Assembly: GCA_963664295.1 (NCBI GenBank) | Contig: OY760935.1 | Location: 1,151,431 to 1,215,430 of the forward strand | Reading direction: 5' to 3' | Origin: Candidatus Altimarinota bacterium | GTDB lineage: Bacteria > Patescibacteriota > Gracilibacteria > CAIRYL01 > GCA-016699755 | Length of the DNA stretch: 64,000 bases | Shown here: positions 56,801-64,000 of the stretch, one piece after another | Numbering within the stretch: the first letter of the stretch is position 1 | Layout of the letters: each line of letters begins with the position of its first letter | Program-made: the position numbers and the translations under genes | Notes under the pieces: generated by a model | The model's database searches: none | What the model saw: the letters and a program-made list of their open reading frames with translations, nothing else | What the model was told of the DNA's origin: nothing

Positions 56801-59800
56801 TGTTCCATTAGGGGCAACAACGCTAAGATCATACAATCCGCTAGTGAAATCAATAGGCACAACAGCAATTATTTCAGAAGAAGTAATACTGCTTGTTTCA
56901 ATAGTAGTGCTACCAATTTTTACGCTAGAATTATCACGGAAATTTTGACCACTTATTATAATTTCGCTATTTACATCATTATTTACTGAGCCAGGAGAAA
57001 CAGAGGTAGCAACTGGGTCTTTTGAGTCATAACCAAAAAATCCTTTATTGTTTTTATTACCTATGTTTGCACCATCTTTTGCTTCAAATTCTTCTGGATC
57101 AATAATTAAATAATATAATTTATCGTTTTCTTGAGCATAGGTGTCCAAAGTAATTGAATTACCATCTTTAGTAGCATTGGTGATGATTAATTTTTCTTGA
57201 TCAAATCCATCAAAGCTTAAAATTGTAAACAATAGAGGATTTGCACTGCTATCTGCTGGTTCAGCATTAAAGTTAATAGTAATACTATTAGTATCATTAT
57301 TGATAATCTCGCTAATACCAAAATCAGATGATTGGAAAGTGCTTTTTTTGCCCAAAAACACTGCTTGAGCATAAAAATTTTCTATTGTTTCATTGCTGTT
57401 ATAGTCCTTTATTGTTCCTTTTTGAATTTGTAATAAATACATATTGCCAGCCTTGGTTTCCACATTTTTTAGAGTGATTTCTTTATAATTATCAGCAATT
57501 TCTATTACAGTGTCTTCTGTGACTAATTCGTCTCCATTTGTTTGTCCACTACTATCAATTTTTTTGACAGAATAAATATCACACACTCCTTCCACTGACC
57601 CACTTGTTGTTTGGCAAGTTCCAGAAATAGCAGAAGAAGCGAGGATTGAATTTTCAAAATAAATTGTAATATTACCATCTTCACTGCTTTCTGCTTTTAA
57701 TACTTTTGGTGAAAGATTAATAACAGAAGAAGCCCCATAAGGATTAAAGGCAAAAATATTAATTGAAAGATTTTCTCCGTCTGTACTTTTTAAGCCACCT
57801 TCTGTCGTGCTTTCAATAATCAACTTATTGTTGCCAGCAGGACTTGTGCTCATTATATAATTTGTATTTTCACTTGGATTGATTTCGATTGAGCCACTTG
57901 GAGTTTCAACCTCACCAATATCACCGATATTTGCATAATAAGAATTAGTATCCCAAGAAAGCATGGCGGTTTCGCCATTAGCTAAATATTTAGGACTAAT
58001 ATCAATATAACATTGAACATCTCTGATTGAGGTAATTAATGATATCGCGTTATCACTTAAGTCAGGCTCAGAAGTAGAAGTACTTATTTCTGCGACAGAA
58101 ATAATATCGCCAACATTACTCTCTCCTGCTATGTCTGCTGAATAAGTAATTGTGCCAATGTCGTCAGGGTTTAAAGTTCCAAGATTACAGTTTATTTGTG
58201 AATTTACAATGGAACAATCAGCAGTATTGGAGTCGAGTTGAATATTTTCTAATTCATCTGGTAAAAAATCTGTCAAAACAACATTATCAGCAGAAGCGTT
58301 GCCAGTATTAGCATAAGTAATTGTGTAATTTACTGTTTCATTGGGCTTTATTACTGATTGATCACTGCTTTTGTTAATTGTTAAATTTGCGAATGAATTT
58401 GCAGAAATAGTGATTATATTCTTATCAGAACCGCCATTACTACTTTTTGTGTCGCTATTTACAGTTCCTATGTCAGTTGCCTTTGCTTCAAATATGATTG
58501 TGCCACTTTCTTGTGGAAGAAGGTCGCCAATAAAACAACGAATTCCGCTTGTGCTTGTTGTACAACTTTGTCCATTATTATTTGTAATTTGAATATTATT
58601 AAATAGTTCGCTTGAATCAAATTCATTTGTAATAAAAACATTTCTAGCAATCAAGTCGCTTGTATTTTTATAATTTATTTCAATGTTTGTGTTTTCTCCA
58701 ACATTAAGAACAGAAGGAGAAACAAGAGACTCAACTTCAACATATGATGTGTTGTTGATAATTAATTCTTCTTCAAAAATATTATTTTCATTATTAAAAT
58801 CATTTGTTCCGGAGATTGTTGAATAAAAATCAATTCTTCCTGTTGAAACAACATTAGCAACATATTCAATAGAGCCATTCGCTCCAGGATCAAGACTGTT
58901 GATATTGCAAGAAATTTCAGAGCGGTCAGAATTGACCACACAGCCTGTTTTGTTTTGAATTTCAGCAATACCAGCAAAATTCATTTTTGATTTTATTTGC
59001 ATGTTTTCTGCTGTTTTGTTGCCAGCATTTTTATAGTCAATAGTCATGTAAACAACTCCATCTCTAAGCTCAGCATTACTTTCTAAAGATAAGTCTGAGT
59101 AAGAACTAGGACCCACTTTTGTTTGAAATGTATTACCATCGAATAAATTATTATTTATTCCTATTGAAGGTGTTGATAGGCTTTCTCCTCCAGTATCTGC
59201 ACTCATGTTATAACTAATCACACTTTCTTCAAATGGTGCTAGCTCATCTATTGTACAAGTAATTTTATTAGTCAAAGCATTAAATGTGCACTGATCACTT
59301 GAAAAGCTATTAAACTCAAAAGAAAAATTATCATGAATTTCGTCATAAATTTTTACATTTTGAGCTGATGAACCACTTGTATTTTTATAATTAAGAAAAA
59401 CATTTATTGTGTCACTTTCATTAAGAACATTTCTACTTGCTGTTTTTTCAATTTCAAAATTAACAGGATTACCAATAATAATGTTTTTTGTTGTATTGCT
59501 ATAGTTGTTTAGACCATTGGCGTCAGCAGTGCTATTGCTGAGTATGTTTGCATAGATTGTTAATTGTCCTTGGTAATATTTTTTTGTTTCTAGTTTCAAA
59601 AACCCAGCACCGCCAGCACTTAAATTGTCAATTTGGCATTCAGCTGAGCCATTTTCGTAATCAATAACACAAAGACAATCATTGCCTTCAAAATTACAAG
59701 TATAATCATCGATATCTAAAGTTGTTGCAGGATTAAATCTTAAATTTAAAAGATTATTTTTCGCAGAAACATTGCCTGTATTTTTAAAATCAACACGAAT

Positions 59801-61318
59801 ATCAAAGTCGTTTGTTAAATCTTCAAAAGAAGTTTCTATTGAAAGATCTGCTTTATAATCAGAACTTATTAAAATTTTTTCCGTATCAGCATTATCATTT
59901 TCGTTAATATCATCTTTATCGCTATAGATAATAATTTCATCATCAATAGTGCCAGCGCTTAAAGCAGTAGCACTATAAGAAACACTGCCACTTGTTTCGC
60001 CTGTCACTGTGCCAATAGCACAAGAAATCTTTCTATCTACAGCACTGTATTCACAGCCATCATTAGTATCAAAATATTCAAATGCAGTAGGTAAAATATT
60101 TTCTATATATACATTTTGTCCAGAATTTGCACTATTGTTTCCATATTTAATGTTGTATGTAATTGTGTCGCCAGGGTTGATCACAGTGCGATTAGCTGAT
60201 TTTTTAACATATAAATCAGGATTGTCAGAAATAATCACCTCAGCTGAACAAGTGTTTTTATCTGTTAAAACATCCTGCATAGATGTTTGTACCCTAAGAA
60301 CAGTAGGAGTGTTTGTTTGTTCAATATTGATAATATCTAAACCTTTAATTTGGAAATCGTCTTTTTCAATTGATAGCGGATTTATTGCTTTTGAAAATTC
60401 AATTTCAAATATGTCAGTGTCAACAGGGACAATGCTTTCAATATAAAAATCAGACAAGTAATTTGTGTCAGGATAGCCAGTAAAAAACGCATAATCATAA
60501 TTTTCTGCAATATTGCCACTTGAATTTCCTGTTAAACCACCACCAGCAATAAGGCGATAGGTTTCAAAAGGAATTTGTTCGCCAAGATTTTCAATAACCA
60601 CACTTCTTCCTTGAATATCAATAGTGGTAAAAGTGTTTTTTAGGGCAGGATAAAAATTAAAATCACTTAAGTTTGCTACTGAAACATAGTCAGAAAAATC
60701 AACTTGTACGCTAGTTGGAGAAAGTGTGCTGATATCAGTAATTCTAAAATCACCTGTATTTTGAACACTAATTTTGCCGTCTCTGCTTAATAATGCTTTT
60801 TCTTCAAGAGTGTCAGTTTCTTGCACAATAGAAAAATTATTGATTTTAATTGGCATAGCAGAGCCAAGAGGAACACTGCTTGAAATATTAAAAGATACTT
60901 TCATAAAAGTTTCCCCATCTAAAATAGAAACTCCTTCACGTCCTGTTGCAGCAATTGCTTTAATCACACCAGAAGTTGATTTATTCGAATCAAAAAGAAA
61001 ACCTTGATCATAAAAAGGAGTATCAGTGTTATCAATATCAATCACAGAAAGTTGTTCAGAGTTCCACTCTAATTCAAAAGAAAAACCAACCACATTATCA
61101 AAATCCTGATTAGCCTTTATTTCTATTTGACCAGTTTCACCTTGAACAGCTAGGTAGTTGTCAGGGATAAAAACCTCTTTGTCTGTTGTTGTGTTTGTGC
61201 CAGTTGTGCTAAATATATTTGCTTGAAAATATTCAGCAATTTTATCGCTGTACATAAACATAAAACCAGCCAAAGCCACAACCAGAAAAGCCAGTAAAAT
61301 TTTTATTTTTTTGTTCAT
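53879..61318 (-). CDS. Giant 2479 aa surface protein: cohesin, Ig-like (SbsA/Big) repeats, DUF11 repeats, IPT/TIG, two TSP1-like repeats, C-terminal dockerin
   Basis: VVGFSFELEWNSEQL..TFMKVSF (cohesin); DLYVKKS..PGDTITYNIKYGN (DUF11); SVSPGS..ISGQNF (IPT); WSDCG..TRSV and WSSCVDGVQTRS (TSP1); DFNEDGTIDFLDF...DLNGDGKIDFTDF (dockerin). Confidence 0.88.
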   Translation of the reverse strand: MNKKIKILLAFLVVALAGFMFMYSDKIAEYFQANIFSTTGTNTTTDKEVFIPDNYLAVQGETGQIEIKANQDFDNVVGFSFELEWNSEQLSVIDIDNTDTPFYDQGFLFDSNKSTSGVIKAIAATGREGVSILDGETFMKVSFNISSSVPLGSAMPIKINNFSIVQETDTLEEKALLSRDGKISVQNTGDFRITDISTLSPTSVQVDFSDYVSVANLSDFNFYPALKNTFTTIDIQGRSVVIENLGEQIPFETYRLIAGGGLTGNSSGNIAENYDYAFFTGYPDTNYLSDFYIESIVPVDTDIFEIEFSKAINPLSIEKDDFQIKGLDIINIEQTNTPTVLRVQTSMQDVLTDKNTCSAEVIISDNPDLYVKKSANRTVINPGDTITYNIKYGNNSANSGQNVYIENILPTAFEYFDTNDGCEYSAVDRKISCAIGTVTGETSGSVSYSATALSAGTIDDEIIIYSDKDDINENDNADTEKILISSDYKADLSIETSFEDLTNDFDIRVDFKNTGNVSAKNNLLNLRFNPATTLDIDDYTCNFEGNDCLCVIDYENGSAECQIDNLSAGGAGFLKLETKKYYQGQLTIYANILSNSTADANGLNNYSNTTKNIIIGNPVNFEIEKTASRNVLNESDTINVFLNYKNTSGSSAQNVKIYDEIHDNFSFEFNSFSSDQCTFNALTNKITCTIDELAPFEESVISYNMSADTGGESLSTPSIGINNNLFDGNTFQTKVGPSSYSDLSLESNAELRDGVVYMTIDYKNAGNKTAENMQIKSKMNFAGIAEIQNKTGCVVNSDRSEISCNINSLDPGANGSIEYVANVVSTGRIDFYSTISGTNDFNNENNIFEEELIINNTSYVEVESLVSPSVLNVGENTNIEINYKNTSDLIARNVFITNEFDSSELFNNIQITNNNGQSCTTSTSGIRCFIGDLLPQESGTIIFEAKATDIGTVNSDTKSSNGGSDKNIITISANSFANLTINKSSDQSVIKPNETVNYTITYANTGNASADNVVLTDFLPDELENIQLDSNTADCSIVNSQINCNLGTLNPDDIGTITYSADIAGESNVGDIISVAEISTSTSEPDLSDNAISLITSIRDVQCYIDISPKYLANGETAMLSWDTNSYYANIGDIGEVETPSGSIEINPSENTNYIMSTSPAGNNKLIIESTTEGGLKSTDGENLSINIFAFNPYGASSVINLSPKVLKAESSEDGNITIYFENSILASSAISGTCQTTSGSVEGVCDIYSVKKIDSSGQTNGDELVTEDTVIEIADNYKEITLKNVETKAGNMYLLQIQKGTIKDYNSNETIENFYAQAVFLGKKSTFQSSDFGISEIINNDTNSITINFNAEPADSSANPLLFTILSFDGFDQEKLIITNATKDGNSITLDTYAQENDKLYYLIIDPEEFEAKDGANIGNKNNKGFFGYDSKDPVATSVSPGSVNNDVNSEIIISGQNFRDNSSVKIGSTTIETSSITSSEIIAVVPIDFTSGLYDLSVVAPNGTKTELENAIIVNEAEKELTILSDESYASPYRVSNLYGTTRLWVRIEDPLGVDDIEKVTADLRFINGSTVATFTGGTEDDENVDNDTPSALSMITDNKRWFYLDVTIPPEASTSEEPVTIDITAENKSGITAYGTVELMITRDTTSGIAPVIENAYAYPATISPTEDKTVSFYIEVSDADGADNVNKVILDLGVIGLGTKIVRPIDDMYTSLDSMRTCTVSDYVVGEWSDCGSNGIKTRSVTLKSGVECEEDADISPPSEQACDLRTCVTSDWEPGTWSSCVDGVQTRSYVLKSGVNCQGTSSKPNDDSRTCNSTSSFIWDMIMPTAYADSSLSGDTIWFEATDFELPDGLSLGTYEIPITVVDEEGEKTKGSITLNVQQNSSDIPNIHKDDVYAVPRASVANDGTSTVTLYAKATDPNGADDLKNMTVNLMEIGLGPMEMTKTTTEGNGAWFKSDKISVDRSINPGHRKLSFTVTDKSGNFYTYDDFSFYVSDQSVEGDPPLIDNDRNYTSPRTGINDGKTKMSFYVFVEEGDASIDTVIANLGNIASYQGDPIDESSVSTSSNPTAENSNEAGVIPSSATPTSNNTADNTDDDNDEETTNIGTKIVPLTPSVKEGSKGQWFILSDVVIEERANPSTEPYLIEIIATDTNGNSAEGEIKLIVSDGILPEDEIDMPYLKSAIATNNRTVEALFSQAIDTKRIKSSAFQVVEYENKKTVLPIRDIDYSADGRIVKLTTNFMAQDTVYTLIADSDELGLAQTQKISNQVNFDSFTEEDYKTTPRLIKAESMSTNEVKLTFNQAIKYSSLNEDGSNFSIFEKSGGKVLNIRSARFGADNTNIRISTDNQVPNTDYYITQENLKNAIGQEVKTRSQVFQGYKYLGEGADSLLVRADFNEDGTIDFLDFTLFSTVYGKNVENATEETMDLNGDGKIDFTDFTIFAQNFSQANQNTETRNTSEFTPYEIEDNGIVPVFTNQ

Positions 61319-61495
61319 TTATTTTTATTTCTCATGAGAGTAAATCTCTACATTATCCTATATTTTAGCCTTTTTTTCAAGCTAAATCCCCTTGACGAAG
61401 CATTAAAAAAACATGATTAAAAAACTGCTTTCAGTAAATCTGGTCTTTTATTTTTTTTCGCACTCCCTATAATTAACTAAGATTTTTAAATTAAA

Positions 61496-62344
61496 ATGCA
61501 ACATTTCGCAGACCATCTTATAAACAAAGCAAAGGAAAAACAAAGTCCAATTTGTCTTGGGCTTGATCCTCATTTTGAAAAAATACCAGATGTATTCAAA
61601 AAAAATACAGCTCCAGAGAGAGCAATAGAAGATTATCTAGTTCGTGTAATGCAGGCAACTGCTGAGCATGTTGTTGCTGTTAAGCCAAATATAGCTTTTT
61701 TTGAAGAATGGGGAGCTCCAGGAATAGTTGCTTTTGACAATATTTGTGAAAAAGCAAAAGAACTTGGCTTGTTGGTTGTTGTTGATGCAAAAAGAGGTGA
61801 TATAGGCTCTACTGCCGAGGCATATGCTAGAGCATTTTTAACAAAAGATATTTACGACTCACTCACAATAAATCCATATTTTGGTGAAGATGGAGTGCGT
61901 CCTTTTATAAATTACGCAGAAAAAAACGGCAAAGGACTTTTTATATTAGTAAAAACCTCCAATCCAACAGGTGGAGAGTTTCAAGATCTTGTTTCAGAAG
62001 ATTCTTTTGTGCATGAACATGTTGCTCGCGCAGTTGCCCGTTGGGGATCAAGCAGTCTTGGTGCTCACACTTTTTCCCTTGTTGGTGCAGTTGTTGGTGC
62101 AACTTATCCCGAAGACATTAAAAATCTCCGTCGGGAAATGGCAGGACAAGTTTTTCTAATTCCTGGTTATGGCGCCCAAGGTGGTACGGCCGAGGATGTA
62201 ATGGGGGCTTTTTATGAAGGAGGAAAAGGTGCAATTATCAATTCTTCTCGCAAAATTCTTTTTGCTGGTGATGAAAATAATTTTGAAGAAGCATCAGCAG
62301 AAGAAGCAAAAAAAGCAAAAAACGAATTTATATCAATATGGTAA
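61496..62344 (+). CDS. pyrF: Orotidine-5'-phosphate decarboxylase (long type)
   Basis: CLGLDP, KPNIAFFE, DAKRGDIGST, KTSNP, GAVVGAT, PGYGAQGG, NSSR. Confidence 0.96.
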   Translation: MQHFADHLINKAKEKQSPICLGLDPHFEKIPDVFKKNTAPERAIEDYLVRVMQATAEHVVAVKPNIAFFEEWGAPGIVAFDNICEKAKELGLLVVVDAKRGDIGSTAEAYARAFLTKDIYDSLTINPYFGEDGVRPFINYAEKNGKGLFILVKTSNPTGGEFQDLVSEDSFVHEHVARAVARWGSSSLGAHTFSLVGAVVGATYPEDIKNLRREMAGQVFLIPGYGAQGGTAEDVMGAFYEGGKGAIINSSRKILFAGDENNFEEASAEEAKKAKNEFISIW

Positions 62345-62901
62345 AGATAGGTATTTTAGGTATTCAGGGTTCGCGTGAGGAGCACGAAAAAATGCTTAAA
62401 AAAATAAAAGCAGAGCCAGTTTGGGTGCGCAAAAAAGAAGATATAGATAAAATTCAAGGTATAATATTGCCAGGTGGTGAATCCACAGCAATAGGCAAAG
62501 CCTTAAAAAGAGAGGGGATTTTTAATTATTTACAAGAAAAAATAAAAAAAGGTTTACCAGCATGGGGCACTTGCGCAGGTGCAATTTTATTAGCAAAAAA
62601 AGGTAGTCCATATAGTCTGCAAGTAATGAATATTGAAATAGAACGCAATGCCTATGGCAGACAAAACGAATCTTTTGAGCAAGAAATAGAAATAAAAGAA
62701 TTAGGAACAAAAAAATTTCCAGCAGTTTTTATACGCGCACCAAGAATAAGAAAAGTGGAAAAAAGTGTAAAAATATTAGCAGAAATAAAAAAAGAACCAA
62801 TTTTTGTGCAAGAAGGCAATATGCTTGTTTCTACATTCCATCCAGAACTCACAGAAGACACGAGAGTTCACGAGTATTTTGTAAAAATTTGCAAAAAATA
62901 G
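62338..62901 (+). CDS. pdxT: Pyridoxal 5'-phosphate synthase glutaminase subunit
   Basis: GILGIQG, LPGGEST, GTCAGAILL, RNAYGRQ, FIRAP, FHPEL. Confidence 0.96.
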   Translation: MVKIGILGIQGSREEHEKMLKKIKAEPVWVRKKEDIDKIQGIILPGGESTAIGKALKREGIFNYLQEKIKKGLPAWGTCAGAILLAKKGSPYSLQVMNIEIERNAYGRQNESFEQEIEIKELGTKKFPAVFIRAPRIRKVEKSVKILAEIKKEPIFVQEGNMLVSTFHPELTEDTRVHEYFVKICKK

Positions 62902-62909
62902 AGATTATC

Positions 62910-62938
62910 TTGACATATTTATAATATTAGGTTTTAAT
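62910..62938 (+). promoter_or_regulatory. Sigma70-like promoter of the downstream orphan
   Basis: TTGACA-17 nt-TTTAAT. Confidence 0.55.
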
Positions 62939-62967
62939 ATAAAGCCTTAATTTTATTTATAATAAAT

Positions 62968-63555
62968 ATGAAGAACGATAAAGTTGCTCATTTGCATACT
63001 CCAAGTGAAAAAGTAAGCACTGCTGAGCAAAAACTTTCTGAATCCAAGAGTAGAATACTAGAATTAACACCTAGGACAGAAGGTGTTCGTCAAAGATTAG
63101 AGATAGCAATTAACCAAGTTAATCCTGAAATTAAAGATCAAATTGATGCCTTCAGAGAAACCATAGAAGATGTTATGAACTCAATTATGTTTAATAATGA
63201 AATCATAGAAAGACTACAAACCTCAATTCAAAATAATCGCGAACTTGTAAGCACAGACCAGTTATTGTCAAATAACTTATTTCAAACAGTTGCAAACTTA
63301 GAACAAGGTATTGATTTGGATGAGCAAACTATGGATCTTGCTGAAGAACAAATAACAAGAATTGAGCTTGTAATTGAAAAATTAACATCAGGTGATGAAT
63401 ATAGTTCTTCAGAGGTAGCAAAAGAATTTGGGGAATATGTAAAATCTTTAAAAGAATTTGCTCGACAAATGGATTTAGCAGAAAGAGCTATGAAAAAACC
63501 TGTTTTAGAAAATAAATTTGATCCTAAAAACCCAAGAAAGCCTTTTAAGAAATAA
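62968..63555 (+). CDS. Helical coiled-coil orphan protein
   Basis: 195 aa ORF with heptad character and its own promoter. Confidence 0.75.
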   Translation: MKNDKVAHLHTPSEKVSTAEQKLSESKSRILELTPRTEGVRQRLEIAINQVNPEIKDQIDAFRETIEDVMNSIMFNNEIIERLQTSIQNNRELVSTDQLLSNNLFQTVANLEQGIDLDEQTMDLAEEQITRIELVIEKLTSGDEYSSSEVAKEFGEYVKSLKEFARQMDLAERAMKKPVLENKFDPKNPRKPFKK

Positions 63556-63613
63556 AAATCCCTTGACATCTGCATAGTTTAGTTTACAATGTGCTCCTTC
63601 TTTTTATTTGACA

Positions 63614-63862
63614 ATGAAAAAAGACAGAGAAGCACTAATTATTCAAGATACAACTTTATGTAAAAATTGTTCTGCGTTTGAACATAGTCATAGTGCAGAT
63701 TTTTGTAGAATTGGTGAAGTAGTTGAAGGTGTTATCAATCCAGGAACCATGAATCATGATTGCCCTATTTTTAAAGCTGCCAGAGATTTAACAATAAACA
63801 GGGTGGCTCCTTTGTTGTCTGAAATTGTTCAGCAAATAAGTTTAAACAATAATCCAAATTAA
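63614..63862 (+). CDS. Small orphan with four Cys (CxxC..C..CP)
   Basis: ATG at 63614. Upstream TTGACA-16 nt-TACAAT at 63563-63590. Confidence 0.65.
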   Translation: MKKDREALIIQDTTLCKNCSAFEHSHSADFCRIGEVVEGVINPGTMNHDCPIFKAARDLTINRVAPLLSEIVQQISLNNNPN

Positions 63863-63863
63863 A

Positions 63864-64000
63864 ATGTTAGATACCATTAAAACCAGAAAAAAAGTTTTTG
63901 TACCAGAAGACATGATATTACTTAATCAAGATTGTTTAATGTTGGTTAATGGAGGAAATGGTAATTGTGGCAATTGTCCAGCCAAAGCAAAACAGCCAAA
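63864..64000 (+). CDS. Small Cys-containing orphan, 3'-truncated by the window edge
   Basis: Hand-translated MLDTIKTRKKVFVPEDMILLNQDCLMLVNGGNGNCGNCPAKAKQP. Starts 1 nt after the previous stop. Confidence 0.55.
   Translation, partial: MLDTIKTRKKVFVPEDMILLNQDCLMLVNGGNGNCGNCPAKAKQP

Noticed and set aside
1-64000. Genetic code 25 (UGA = Gly)
   Set aside because: ORFs of 4433 and 2479 codons and all conserved enzymes are uninterrupted under the standard code, and TGA falls at natural gene ends.

Overview
AT-rich bacterial chromosomal window read in the standard genetic code. Gene content and style (type IV pilus cluster, giant secreted proteins, DUF5659-like gene, many small orphans, few clear Shine-Dalgarno sites) suggest a Patescibacteria/CPR organism, possibly Peregrinibacteria-like; this is inference only. 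Housekeeping and metabolic genes include ribE, a RibL-like FAD synthase, ftsX, recO, ftsK, rpsF-rpsR, xerC/D, ftsB-like, leuA, polX, galU, hsp20, serB-serA-serC, purN, archaeal-type DHQ synthase II, a two-OB-fold SSB, pilN/O/B/C/pilin, pyrF and pdxT. Four elements stand out. (1) A ~490 nt ORF-free unit at 39.45-39.98 kb, bounded by a promoter and terminator, folds into many helices plus likely pseudoknots and matches no RNA class I recognise. (2) A cohesin-dockerin surface operon at 51.5-61.3 kb encodes a 2479 aa protein with an N-terminal cohesin, thrombospondin type-1-like repeats and a C-terminal dockerin, next to anchored cohesin proteins. (3) A translationally coupled operon at 7.9-25.4 kb encodes a 4433 aa SLH-bearing protein plus four secreted Cys-rich helical proteins. 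(4) A 3 kb islet holds an intact phage large terminase, no other virion genes, and two S24 proteins lacking the catalytic Ser-Lys dyad. All domain calls are by eye from motifs; no searches were run.
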